Of a stretch of DNA of 64,000 nucleotides, positions 25,451 through 38,166 are shown one piece after another. Made by a program: the position numbers and the translations under genes. Under the pieces are notes generated by a model, which did no database searches, was not told the origin of the DNA, and worked only from the letters and a program-made list of their open reading frames with translations. The stretch lies in assembly GCF_009914755.1 (NCBI RefSeq), contig NC_060934.1; one strand, written 5' to 3'. Source of the stretch: the human T2T-CHM13v2.0 reference genome, Homo sapiens. Numbering within the stretch: position 1 is the first letter of the stretch; the number at the start of each line of letters is the position of its first letter.

Positions 25451-26274
25451 TCCTTAGAGGCCAGTGACCATGTCATAAGTGAAGATAGTAAAAGACGCCT
25501 GATTGGCAGTTTGGCTCTGGTCCAGCTCACCTACTCTGGTTTTGGAGGGCCATGTATGGCTGTGGCAGGTGACCAGCCCCATCCTAAGCCTCATGCATTA
25601 CACATTCACTGCCAGGCCTTCCATCTCTCAGGGCGGCACTGCCTGTGGGGAACTCTCGCAATGGAAGACAGCCCGCAGTGGGGGGTTTATGATCCTTGGT
25701 CTCCAGCACTTCCTGGGTCATGTGACATGGCTGATTGTTAATTACACCTAATGTTAAAAGTTAGTCCACCTCTGGGATGTTTCCCAGCTTGAAGGTGCCT
25801 ACGAAAAATTAGTTCATTCATGAAACAAAGTGTCGGGTTACAGCCCCAAATGGTTTCCTCCCATCCATCCCTGGCAGAGAAGGGCCAACAGGGGCTGATA
25901 AGAAGCATCTCCAAGCCTGCCTCTGACTCCTCCGCTACCTCGAACAGGGTGTCCAGTGAATGTTTCACCTCCAGAAAGATAGTATCATGCACAGAGGATG
26001 GGAGAGTTCAAAAGGCTTCAGAAACATTGGACAGAGGTCAGCACAAAGAAGGTGAAGCCTGGGACATTTCATGGAGATGGCTTGGCTTTGCTGTTGCTCC
26101 ATCCTGACTGCCACTGTGCTTTGTATGGCCAATGGAGACATTGCTGAATGGCTGAGAGGTGCTGGGGCCCCTGGCTCCATTGTGGGGGCAATGCCCCTGT
26201 GGATCTGGAAGTTGTCACAGCCAAGTCCCAAACTCAGGGCAGCTCCACCATGTGGGTTCTCATCAGTCCCTAAC

Positions 26275-27115
26275 TTATCAAGTCATTCAACACATTTTTT
26301 TTTTTTTTGACACAGAGTCTCGCTTTGTCGCCCAGGCTGGAGTGCAGTGGTGCGATCTAGGCTCACTGGAACCTCTGCCTCCTGGGCTTAAGTGATTCTC
26401 CTGCCTCAGCCTCCTGAGTAGCTGGGATTACAGGTGTGTACCACCACACCCAACTAATTTTTGTATTTTTTAGTAGAGACGGGGTTTTGCCATGTTGACC
26501 AGGCTGGTTTCGAACTCCTGGCCTCAAGTGATCCACCTGCCTTGGCCTCCCAAAGTGCTGAGATTATAGGTGTGAGCCACATTTTTAGTGGTTACTCGCT
26601 GTGTGCCAGGTACTACTCTAGGATCTGGGAATATAGTGCAGTGACCAAAACAGACAAAACAAGAAACAAGAATGCCTATCCCTGCCCCTACCCTGCACAG
26701 GGTTTACATTCTAGTGGTGGGAAGTACAGACAGAAAGTGAGTGAAATGAATTAGTAAAATGATGGAGCTATTCAGAGAGTGATAAGTGCTATGGAGAAAA
26801 AGATAGTGGGGGTGGGGGGGTGGCGGGAGACAGGAAAGGCTGGCATGGGTGTGTGTGGCCAGTTTTGACAGGGTAGTCAAGGGAAGGCCTTACTGAAAAG
26901 TCATCGGTGGAGCAAAGAACAAAAGGAGGTGAGGGAATGAGCCATGAAGGAATCTGGAAGGATGGGTGCTTCAGGCAGGGCCAACAGCAAGTGCAAAGGC
27001 CCTGAGATTGTGGGATGCCAGGCATGTTTGAAGAGCAGCGGGAAGGCTGTGCAGCTAGATTGGAGAAAGCAAAGGAAAGAGTAATAGGAGATGAGATCAG
27101 GAAAAGTGCAGGCCA
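26275..27115 (-). mobile_element. L2a-like 3' region with nested Alu
   Basis: tcattcaacacattt...tgtgccaggtact...tttacattctagtgg...gataagtgctatggagaaaa...aacagcaagtgcaaaggccctgag. Confidence 0.85.
26300..26577 (-). mobile_element. AluSz-like, slightly 5'-truncated
   Basis: ctcaagtgatccacctgccttggcc; TSD cacattttt on both sides. Confidence 0.95.
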
Positions 27116-27202
27116 CGCGTTGGTCTCTCTGCCTCCAGTCCTGTGCCCATCGTTTCCTGACCTGGAACCTGGATGTGACATGGCTGTGGACAGGCTTTAG
27201 GG

Positions 27203-27657
<455 letters not shown>

Positions 27658-27664
27658 CTTTGAG

Positions 27665-28050
27665 ACATGCGCTCTGGAGTTAGATGACATTGGTTCAAAC
27701 TCCTGCTCATTTATTATCTAGGTGACCCTGGGCAAGTTGTTTAACTTCTCTGAGCTTTATTTTCTCATCTGTAAAGTGTTGATAATATCCATCTTGTGGT
27801 TAAATTAAATAACTAATATAAAATGACACAGCACCTGATAGAGCCAAATATTTTGTTGGGAGGCAGCATTAGGTGCACAGTCTTGGACTCACATGGGCAG
27901 GATTTTGGCTTTGTTGGGTGATCTTGGCAAAAGGCTTTATTGGCCTCAGTCTCAGTTTCCCTGTCTGGCAAGTGGGGATAATTATAACTAAAATGAGACG
28001 AGGTGGATGGCTCATAGGAAGCAGGTATGAGATGGAAGTTGCTGTTTTAT
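27665..28050 (+). mobile_element. Two tandem MIR elements
   Basis: gtgaccctgggcaagttgtttaacttctctgagc...ttctcatctgtaaa and gtgatcttggcaaa...tctcagtttccctgtctggcaagtgggg. Confidence 0.75.
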
Positions 28051-29024
28051 AATCATCAGTCTTACTCTCCATCATCTCCTATGTGCCAGGGCATCTGCAA
28101 ATTCTCCAGGATCTGGAGGAAAAATCCAACATCTGTCTCTCTGTCTCCGTGTGCCGCTGTCATGCCACCCAGCCCCCAGCACATGCCTCAGATGACAGTG
28201 CCTGGAAGGGGGTGGGTATTAAAAAACCTCCCTTTCCCACAGCTTGGCACCCAGCCTAAACCCACTGCTACCTGAAAGGGTGCCAACCTGTCCAGCACAT
28301 TTGAATTTGCAAATTATCTCTTGTTTACTATGAGGGGATCCACAAAGCCGAGGCTTGTCATTGGTTTTATGTTGCTGCAATAAGTTTCTGTTGGGGAAGG
28401 TCTGTCTTTGCAAAGCCCAGTTGGTGTATTTACTTATAGGGCTATTTTATCAGTAGGCAAGAAAATAAGAGGATCACTAAAGAATTTTGCCCACGGGACC
28501 TGGTTTGAGCGTTTGCTAATTTGGGGGGTGTGTATGGCAAATGGTAGGAGTTTGGGGAGTGGGATGGAGGTTTGGGATGGAAAAATGTTGACTTTGCTAG
28601 AAGACTCTGTCATGCTGCTTGGCCACGGTGAAAATTCACTTGAGTTACGTTGCACTTAAAAAGAAAAAAGTGGTGAGAGTTCAGTGGTTGAAATGCAGAC
28701 GCCCACGTGTATTTATGTTTGCAACGCCTGGGCCTTATGTGTGGTGATATAGAGAACTCAAAAGTTGTGGAACTGAAAATAACATATGTTTGTCTCAAGT
28801 GCCAGAGGAAATTGTAGCACTGGTGAGAAGGAGAAGGGTACAGATTTAGAGAGGGGGAAAGAAATACGCTCCTTGTTCAGCTGTGATGTTTATACACAGG
28901 CCCTTGCCTCTCCTCACACGTAATGAGCAGTCACAGAACCCACAGGAAAACAAACGCAAGTGGAGTGGATTGCTTCTTGGAGAGCGGGTTGGTTTGAGTT
29001 CAGGATTGAAAATATTCCTGCAGA

Positions 29025-29215
29025 AAAGGCATAAGAATGATACAATGGATCTTGGGGACTTAGGGGGAAGAGCGGGAGGGTGAGGGATAAAAGACTACAA
29101 ATAGGGTGCAGTGTATACTGCTCGGGTGAGGGGTGCACCAAAATCTCACAAATCACCACTACAGAACTTACTCATGTAACCAAACACCACCTGTACACCA
29201 ATAACTTATGGAAAA
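29025..29215 (+). mobile_element. L1PB1-like, severely 5'-truncated
   Basis: ggcataagaatgatacaatgga...gtgagggataaaagactacaaatagggtgcagtgtatactgctcgggtga; 16-bp TSD aaaatattcctgcaga/aaaatattccggcaga. Confidence 0.92.
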
Positions 29216-30541
29216 AAAATATTCCGGCAGATTGAACTTTGACCCTCCCACAGCCCCTTGCTGAGGTTGAGTTTCTTGAAATCTTTACAAGAAAGAAGCT
29301 GTGACTGGGGCTGAAACAGGTCAAAGTGAAGATGGTAAGTAAAAGGCCACCCTTACACCACCAAACTGCCTGGGCTTAAAAAGGGTTCCAATAAAAATCT
29401 CTAAACCAAGTAATTTCAGTCTTTTGCGAGCCAGAGAATTGTCTAGAATTTTTCTGTATTCAGGAACACCATGAGACCCCGTAAGAAGACATTTCTCTTT
29501 TGGGTGCAGTGCTATTTTTAAGGGGTGGCTACCACCCTCTAATACCATGTGTCTATATGTATAAATAGAGAAGACTAAATTAAAAAAGAAACAATAGGTT
29601 AAGCTCACATTAAAAAAAATCTTTGTGTAAGCAAATAACTGGTTTGACTTCATTTTCCACATTTCACTTTGCCATTTTGACATTATCAGACACAGCCTTA
29701 GACTCAGAGCCCATTGGTCTTTCTTTGCAGACAAAACTCAGCAGAAAGAATCAGATGCTGACACCTCCCTTTGATCCCGTGATTCATCTCTCTCAGGGAA
29801 CCACTGATAATCTGGCACCCCACCCAGACCCCAGAACAAGCTGGAAATGTCCCACTGTGGCCCCTAACATGAAACTACATCCACAAGTTTTTAACATGCA
29901 CATTGGCCAAGGAACCCACGCCTAACTTCCTCTGCCTCAGTATTTTCATCTGCAGAATGGACATAATATTCTCTCTTCTGCAGGGCTTGGAGAGGAGGGA
30001 TGAATTGAGGAAGCACGGGGGACGAGGTGAGGGGGAGGAGGTGGTTAGAGGAGTTGCTGACATGAAATAGAGCCCAGTCACTACTCACTACTCAGCTACT
30101 GTTTGCTGCCTCTTCCACACCCTACAGGTAAAGCATCTTCACCACCTGGGTTTCCTGTTCTAATCTCCAGGGACCTCAGTTTGCCAGGGTGCCTGGCCTA
30201 AGAACCTGAGATCGGAGGCTGAGCTACCATAGCCTGAGCACGTCTCATGGGCCGGTGCTTGGCACCAGCCGCTTCACCTTGGTTTGCTGGGTTAGGCATC
30301 ATAACCACTTGTGAGAGTCACACTGCTCGCCACATTTCACAGGTTGAGAGACTGGCAGCAGCTGCTCCTTTAATACCAATTGAAACTTGACTATAACAAA
30401 CCCAGTAGTTAAAAAAAGCTTTTTTTACAACCCACCAAAGAAAATCCATGCAGTTGTCTATGGAGAAGGAAGGGCGGGCATGGAAAGCTGACATTCCAAG
30501 ACTTGCATCTTGAGAGGAAAGTACCAGATCTTTCCACATCC

Positions 30542-31543
30542 TGCATAGTGGATTGGATGACATCCCCCCAAATTCATGTCCACGCAGAACCGCATAATCT
30601 GATCTTCTTTGGAAACAGGTTCTTTGCAGATGTACTTAGTTAAGGATCTTGAGCTGAAATCATTCTGGATTAAGGGTGGGCCCTAAATCCAATTATCAGA
30701 GACATTTGAACCAGAGCAACTCCATCTTGAGTAGGGGGCTGGGCAAAATGAGGCTGAGACCTACTGGACTGCATTTTCAGCTGGTTAAGGCATTCTAAGT
30801 CACAGGATGAGATAGGTGGTCAGCACAAGATACAGGTCACAAAGACCTTGCTGATAAAACAGGTTGCAGTAAAGAAGCTGGTCAAAACCCACCAAAACCA
30901 AGATGGCGACGAGAGTGACCTCTGGTCATCCTCACTGCTGCACTCCCACCAGCACCATGACCATTTACAAATGCCATGGCAGTGTCAGGAAGTTACCCTA
31001 TATGGCCTAAAAAAGGGAGGCATGAATAATCTACCCCCTTTTAAGGATATAATCAAGACATAATCATAAAAATGGGCAACCAGCAGCTCTCAGGGCTGCT
31101 CTGTCTGTGAAGTAGCCATTCTTTTATTCTTTCACTTTCTTAATATACTTGCTTTCACTTTACTCTGGACTCGCCCTGAATTCTTTCTTGTGTGAGATCC
31201 AAGAACCCTTTCTTGGAGTCTGGATCGGGACCCCTTTCCTGTAACACAGTGACTATAGGTATCCTTTTAAAGAGGCAAGGACACAGACACAGAGGGAAGA
31301 AGGCCAAGTGAGGATGGAGGCAGAGAGTGCAGTAATGCAGCCAGAAGCCAAGGAATGCCAGGAGGTGACGGAAGCTGGATAAGGCAAGGCAGGATCCTCC
31401 CCCGGAATCCTTGGAGGGAGCATGATCCTGCGGACACCTTGATTTCAGATGTCTGGCCTCCAGAACCATGAGAAAATAAATTTGTTGTTTTAAGCCACCA
31501 TGTTTGTGGTGATTGATTACAGCAGCCCCAGCAAATGAACCCA
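30542..31543 (+). mobile_element. MLT1C solo LTR split by MER41A
   Basis: gggtgggccctaaatccaat|gact...ggaggcagagagtgcagtaatgcagccagaagccaaggaatgcc...gttttaagccacca; catcctgca at both junctions. Confidence 0.88.
30694..31246 (+). mobile_element. MER41A solo LTR (ERV1)
   Basis: tatcagagacatttgaaccagagcaactccatcttga...tggatcgggacccctttcctgtaaca; 553 bp; lacks the MER41B GAS segment; 4-bp flanks caat/cagt. Confidence 0.92.
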
Positions 31544-32339
31544 TCCTGCAGTCCTTCTGGTTAGCCTGTTACATTTGGTCTCCAGAAATAAAGCCAGGCG
31601 GGGGCAAGTGCTAAGCATACATAAAGTGTTGACCACATAACAGGAAAAGTTAAATCATATTTGTTAAACAAAAGGCAGAAATTGCCTTGTTCTTTCCTAG
31701 AGCATGCCTGAGAGACGGGATCCCTGAGTCTGCAGAGGAGCCGGGCAGCATGAGGTATGGGATTGGGGAATGACGTAAGATGATATGATTTATTGCTTTG
31801 TTAAGCAACATTTTCAGCTACGGATCTTGCTTTCACACTTAACCTATTGCCAACACAATGGGTGGGCCAAGGAAATTTGAACACATGGAGAGAATGTCTC
31901 CAGTGCAGAGATAGAGCATGGCTGACATTTCAATTGCGAAGGTGGGAGGTAAGCGGTCTGAAGACTCGATTATGGAAAAACTGCACAGGGTGACCAGATG
32001 ACATTACTAATACTTTAATGAGCTCGAGGTATGGGGAATATTGAGATAGGTTGGTTAAGCCTTCTCTCCAAGGGGCTGATATGAGGAGTCCTTTAAACTG
32101 GGGCGGCAATTGGGAGCCTCAAACTCCAATAGGTGAGTGGTGCAATTAGCATCGCTCTGACACCTGAGAGGCCCAGGCGTGCTGGATGTCAAATGTAAGG
32201 GCAACTTTTGATTAGGACAAATGCTATGATATATGAGCAAGGACCAGCCAACAGCAAACTACAGCAGCTCAGCTGGGAGATGACTAAAGCAAAAACTAGA
32301 ATCTTGGCAATAGTTGTCCTTAAGTATCTAGCCAGCCAT

Positions 32340-32346
<7 letters not shown>

Positions 32347-32386
<40 letters not shown>
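32347..32386 (+). repeat. (TG)20 microsatellite
   Basis: Directly visible perfect dinucleotide run. Confidence 0.95.
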
Positions 32387-32388
<2 letters not shown>

Positions 32389-32829
32389 GTTATTTTACAG
32401 AGATTAAAAAGAAATAATTGTTAAGGCTTTATTAATGCATGGAGAGAAGTCAGAAATAATAAACAATTTATATCCAGAAGGGCATGAAGATTTCTGACCT
32501 GGGGCTGAGGGTGCGGGTGGGGTGATTTACCCTCCGGAAGCCAGAGGTCTGTCACTGGGGATGGTAAAGACAGACCTGCTTGTGTGGGGAAGAGGGGCCA
32601 CCAAGTGCTTTGGAGTGAGGGGCTCCTGGGTTCTGACCTCGCTCAGCCTGCAGCAGAGCATAGAGCCATGAGCTTGGGTCTATCTCTCTTCTCTGTTGGT
32701 GTCGAGGGAGCTAGTGCCCCCATCAGGTTCTCAATCTGTGCCCAAATCACAGAGGCCGATACTCACTCAAGTTGATGGAAATGAAAACGTGATTCATAAT
32801 GAAACAACAGTTTCCACGTATTCAGGGAG

Positions 32830-33040
32830 AGCATAGAGACCAGGGCTCAGAGCTTGCTCTCTGGAGTTTAAAGCCCAAGTTCAAATCCTGCCTCCAGCTG
32901 TATGACTTTGCACACGTTGTCTGCTCTCATCTGCTAGGGAGGTGGATTCTAGGACTACTAGTGGCAAGAGCAAGATGGAATGATCGGTGGGAAGCAGAGG
33001 AGTGCCTGGCACATAGTACACCCTGAATCCATGTGACCTG
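32830..33040 (+). mobile_element. MIR
   Basis: ctctggagttt...gttcaaatcctgcctcc...gagtgcctggcacatagta. Confidence 0.7.
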
Positions 33041-33059
33041 CTGTTTTCACACAGCTTAC

Positions 33060-33255
33060 CCTGTGTGGGACTACATTATCCCATTTGATCTGCACTACTG
33101 CACCAGGTAGGGGAGGCAGCTGCTCTTTTCTGGGTCATACATGAGGAAACTGAGGCTCAGAGGTCTTGAGTAACTTGCCTGAGGTTTCTTGCTTGGTGTG
33201 TGGTAGGGACAGGATTTGAACTCAGCACTCTGAGCCTCCGATTGTTCTCCTACAC
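33060..33255 (-). mobile_element. MIR
   Basis: atgaggaaactgaggctcagagg...gagtaacttgcctgagg...caggatttgaactcag. Confidence 0.8.
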
Positions 33256-34026
33256 TGGCTCAGAGAACAAGAGCACGTTGATTCAGATCAAATCAAGGAG
33301 CTTAGCAGCAGTACTGGCCCCTGTCTCTCCCACGATGAGTGGCCTCACCATCCTACGGGCACTGGGAATGGCTGCACCCTCAGCAGGCAGATCCGCTTGG
33401 TCCACAGTCTGTTGCTCCTGGTCTCGCTCTTTCAACTTAATTGCCATTTAGATGTTAATGACAAACAATGTTGATATCTCTACAACCACACAGATGTGTG
33501 CACACACACGCGTGCATGCACACACAAGTGCACAAACACATGTACACACACGACCACCCTCAAATGCTCCACCTGATCAGGCTCCTTGTTTTGACAAGTT
33601 GCTCTGCAGTGAGTTGTGTCGGATTCGCTAAAGCTGCACACATCCAAGACAGCAAGATTGAAAGCGGCTTGTGGGCTGTCAGTGACAAACCACCCTGCCC
33701 CAGAGCTCTGCTTCTCCAGAGGAAAGAAGCCGCCTCCAGACAACTCCTGCGTCCCCTCCTATCTCACGCCATCCCTCCCTTTCCTGGGTGGGTCAGTCCT
33801 GAGGCCTCCCTGCCTCCCTTAGCCTCTCTTTGCTCTGAAGTTTTCTGCCTGGAGATGGCAGTTTCCTGGGGGTGGGTAGGTGACTCCAGAACTCCTGATT
33901 GCAGGTGCAGCCCCTTTCTCTTTTGTTTTGAGTTTTGGGTTCCAGAATCCTAGACAGCTGTCCGGGGCTCCTCAGATCTCCTGAGCTGTGCCTGGTTCTT
34001 GTGTCCGCCTCAAGGGAACATCCCCT

Positions 34027-34803
34027 TTCCAGCTCCCGCTCCTTACAGCTTCCTCATTGGAGGGTGGTTTAGGTCTCCATGCTCTTCTTCTCCCTCTCTC
34101 CCTTCCTTCCCCTCCTGCTTCCCTTCCCGTGGGCAGCCTTAGCACCAGATGCAGCCTTTTTCATTTTGATAGTGGCAGGCTGAGGACCCTGATGGCCCCG
34201 CCCACTAGTTCCTCCCCATCACATACTTGGAGGGGAAAGGGAACTCAGAGGAAAATAACCCGTCCTGAGAGTGAGATTGGACATTGTGACCAGCCAGAGA
34301 GCCGTTCCTCTCCAGGGAGCATGAAAGCTTCAGACCTGCTCCCAAGGCAGTGATGAGAAGAAGTGATGAGAAGACCATAGGCTGGCGCCAGGCTTGCTGT
34401 GAGTGGAGAGTCCACCTGAGTGCAGGGGAGGGTGGAGAACGGAATAGAGAGGTGAGGTTGGGGAGGGCACACCTAGGAGCTTCCCTGAAGCTGACACTGA
34501 GTGGACTGATGGGAAGCCAAGAGCTGATGGCTCCTTGGCATTGCACTTTTGGGGCTGACTCCTGCAAGACTTGGGATGAGATAGATGTTGTTGGCAGCTG
34601 CTTGGGGCACAGTGTCGGGGACACCCGGCAACTACTCCTCCTTACAAAAGGAAAATCAATGCACCTTCTGCAACACCTTCCCAATGTTGACAGTTCTGAT
34701 CCAGCCTGTCCCCAGGAAGTGAGTGCACTCACTTCCAGCTCCTGCTCCTTACTGCTTCCTCATTGGAAGGTGGTTTAGGTCTCCATGCTCTTCTTCTCCC
34801 TCT
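34027..34803 (+). repeat. 71-bp spaced direct repeat (copies 34027-34097 and 34733-34803)
   Basis: Manual alignment gives 68/71 identities with no gaps. Confidence 0.93.
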
Positions 34804-34816
34804 TCTCCTCTTCGCC

Positions 34817-34963
34817 CAGTGTTTCTCAGCCCTGGCTGCACACATTCAAATCACCTGGGGCTGCTTTAAAACTGTCCCATGCCTGCGCCTCACCTGAGAG
34901 CAGCTGCCTGCCTCTCTATCAGCCCAAGTGAGCTGAATGTGCAGTTGAGCTTGAGGACTACTG
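34817..34963. mobile_element. MER5A-like hAT-Charlie MITE
   Basis: TIR-like ends cagtgtttctca...tgaggactactg; ggctgcacacattcaaatcacctgggg. Confidence 0.75.
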
Positions 34964-35349
34964 CCAGGTTATACTTCTTGTGCTAGGTCACAGACATGTG
35001 TTTGCAATTTAAAACCTCTCACCTTAGATAGATGCCACATAGCTGGTGGAAGGCCCCAATCTCAGGGTTTGCAGGACATCACCTGGTGACGAAAACCACC
35101 AGACCCTGCTAGGGTCGGGGAAGATTGAGGAAGAGGACAGCACAGACTATTCCCTTCAAACAGGCAGGGACAGCCCAATACCTGCTCCCCAGGGGCCTCT
35201 GAGCCAGTCCCCATTGCCCCTGTGGCTGGCATTTGCAGGGGCGGTGGTCAGGGTCTCTAGGTTCTTCATTCGCTTCCTGAAAGGCAGGTCCTGTAAATGG
35301 CTCCACTTTAAACGGCTTTTCTAATCATGGAAACTCCCTGTTTTATTGT

Positions 35350-35560
35350 AACAATAGCTGAATGCTTTTTAAATAGCAGCATCTAATGAGCCATGCAACA
35401 ACTCTTCGTTGTAGGTATTTTTATCCCCATTTCACAGATAGGAAAACAAGGGGTTTGACAAATTGGATGACGTCGTATGCCAGGAATGGCAGAGCTGAGA
35501 TCTGACCCCAAGTCTCTGGGGCAGAGTCCGCTGGAGGTGAGATGCTTGGTTTCCACATTA
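35350..35560 (-). mobile_element. MIR
   Basis: gtaggtatttttatccccatttcacagataggaaaac...atggcagagctgagatctgacccca. Confidence 0.75.
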
Positions 35561-35984
35561 CAAAGCACTCCTTGACAGTGCCACCTACATTCTGGGCCAT
35601 CCTGGACATGTCTTTTTTCTTGGGGTCTCAGTTTTTTGTTGTAAAATTCTGAGAGGGGCATATCCTTTAAGGGTTTAATTAAAGCTGATAAGTTAAAGAT
35701 AATTCACTTGTTAAGGTCATAGAAGGGGACTGTGAAAGTACTCTTCAAATGAGAATGCCTCCTTCAAATGCGAGGGCTGTCACCACAGTTGCCCTCAAAT
35801 ACAGGCCCCTGTTCCTTCTCTTACATTCACTCTGCCCATTTTGGGAATACTGGGTGGAGGGCCACATGTACCTTATTTACACCTGCATACAGGCGGCATA
35901 TATATATGCACTGTCTCCAGGCACATCTACTCTGTTTACTGATGTATATACTGTATACAGGTGTTCAGAAAAGCATTTTTAAGT

Positions 35985-37380
35985 CATTTTAAAATATTGA
36001 AGTATATAACACATAGAGATGTGTGTAAATCACAAGTGTACAACTGGGTGGAATTCTCAGTGTGAGCATGTACCCACGTAGCTACCCATGGGTGTTTGCC
36101 ATGTAACCACCTGAAACAAGATGTAGAACTCACCCAACACCCTTCACAGGCCTCCCTCATGGCCCTTCTGGTCATTACCCCCTGCCAACGAACTACCATC
36201 CTCACTTCTAACCTCATCTATTTGCTTTGCTTTTTTGAGCTTTATTTGGATAGAATCTTGTAGTATGTGCTCTTTTGCATCTGTTTTATGTGTGACCTTA
36301 TGTTCGTGAGACTCATCCATGCTGCAGCGTATACTTTTGCATCATTCATCCTCTATACATTCCATTGTGTAGTTGCAACTCATCATATGTATCATTCTAC
36401 TGTTGATGGATATTTAGATGGCTTCCAGTTCGGTGGCTACTTGGAGTAAGGCTGCAATGAACATTCTGATATTTTGAAGCACATATATAGAAATGTTTGT
36501 TGAGTATATACCTAAGAGTGGAATTGCTTGGTTATTAGATTTTTAAAATTCTGCTCATTGGTATTCCCAGTAGCAATGTAGGAGAGAAAGTTTTAGCTCT
36601 TTCACATCCCTGCTAAGACTTAGGATTATTCTTTTATTCTTCTGGTGTGTGTGAAGTGGTATATCATTGTGATTTTAATATGCATTTCCTTGCTAGTTAT
36701 TTATGTTGAACACTTTTATTATGTGTATTGGCCATTTGGACATTCACTTTTTTGAAGTGCCTGTTTAAATTTTTGGCCCTATTTCTGCCAAGTTACTGAT
36801 ATCTTTCTTATTGAGTTCTAGGAGTTCCTTATATTCTGGTATGAGTCTCTTAGGCATACCTTCTCATTTCTTCATGGTGTCTTTGTTGAACAGAAATTCT
36901 TAATTTTTTTAAAGTTATTTACATTGTAATATAAGCTAATAATTGCGAAACACTGAAATTATTTCCTTTTGAATATTACTTCCTACATTAGATTATGTTT
37001 TTATTTTTATTTTTTAATTGTGGAGAAATTCTTAATTTTAATAAAATACAATTTATCAATCTTTTTACTTATGATTATTGCTTATTGTGTCCTGTTAAGA
37101 AAATGTGGACTATCCCAGGGCCATGAGGATATTCTCATATGTTACCTTCTTGAAGCTTTGTTGTTTAACGTTCACTTAGGTCTATATTTCCCCTGGGATT
37201 TACTTTTATGTATGGTGTGAGGTTGGGGTCACTATTAGCTGCTTCTCCATGTTGATATGCAGTTTTGCCCTGCAGTATATATGGGCTGTCTTTCTTCCAT
37301 GCATCACAGGTGCATCTTTGTTGTAAATCAAGTAACTGTATATGTGAGCATCTATTTCTGCAGTCTGTTCTATTGTCTCA
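35985..37380 (-). mobile_element. L1ME-like 3' region
   Basis: cattctactgttgatggatatttagatggcttccagtt, tatatacctaagagtggaattgct, gtggtatatcattgtgattttaatatgcatttcc. Confidence 0.85.
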
Positions 37381-37582
37381 GTAAATACTTCAGGGATGAA
37401 TGGTGGCTGGCCTGGGTCTCACCGTGTTCCCAAGGAAGATGGAGGTGCTGGGCTTCTGCTTCCTGAGGAGATCCTGTGTTTCCTCTGCTGAGTCACTTAG
37501 CCTATCTCTGCACTTTTCTGGCTTCTTCCCACAGACACAACTAAGTGGCTGACAAAATTAATTATTAAAATAGCAAAGCCTT

Positions 37583-37950
37583 GGTATTAGTCCATTTTCA
37601 CACTGCTGTAAAGTACTGCCTGAGACTGGGTAATTTATAAACAAAAGAGGTTTAATTGACTCACAGTTCTGCATGGCTAGGGAGGCCTCAGGAGACTTGC
37701 AATCATGGCAGAAGTCTAAGGAGAAGCAAGGACCTTCTTCACAAGGTGGCAGGAGAGACAGAAAGAGAGAGCAGGGGAAACTGCCCTTTTAAACCATAGG
37801 ATCTCGTGAGAATTCTCTCACTATCAGGAGAAGAGCATGAGGGAAACTGCCCTCGTGATCCAATCACGTTCCAATGTGTCCCTTCCCTGACAAGTGGGGA
37901 TTACAATTAGAGATGAGACTTGGGTAGGGACAAAAAGCCAAACCATATCA
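37583..37950 (-). mobile_element. THE1D-like MaLR solo LTR
   Basis: gtattagtccattttcacactgct...gagactgggtaatttataa...ccttcttcacaaggtggcagg...aaaccatatca; TSD gcctt/gcttt. Confidence 0.9.
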
Positions 37951-37955
37951 GCTTT

Positions 37956-38166
37956 ACATAACACTTACTATGTGTTAGGTTCTGTTGTAAATGTGCTTTA
38001 ACTCCTTTAATCTTTACACAAACCCATGATGTAGTTACTATTCTTATCCCCATTTTCCTGATGAGAAAGCTGGGGCACTCAAGGCCACATAGGTGGTAAG
38101 TGCCAGAGCTGAGACTGGAGCCCAGGGATTCTGCCTGGCAGTCCATGGCCTTAAGCAGGATGCTAC
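37956..38166 (-). mobile_element. MIR (host of the THE1D)
   Basis: cacttactatgtgttagg...ttatccccattttcctgatgagaaagctg...aaggccacataggtggtaagtgccagagct. Confidence 0.8.

Noticed and set aside
34027-34803. CRISPR-like or LTR-pair reading of the 71-bp repeat
   Set aside because: Only two copies, mammalian context, no TG..CA termini, primer-binding site or coding interior
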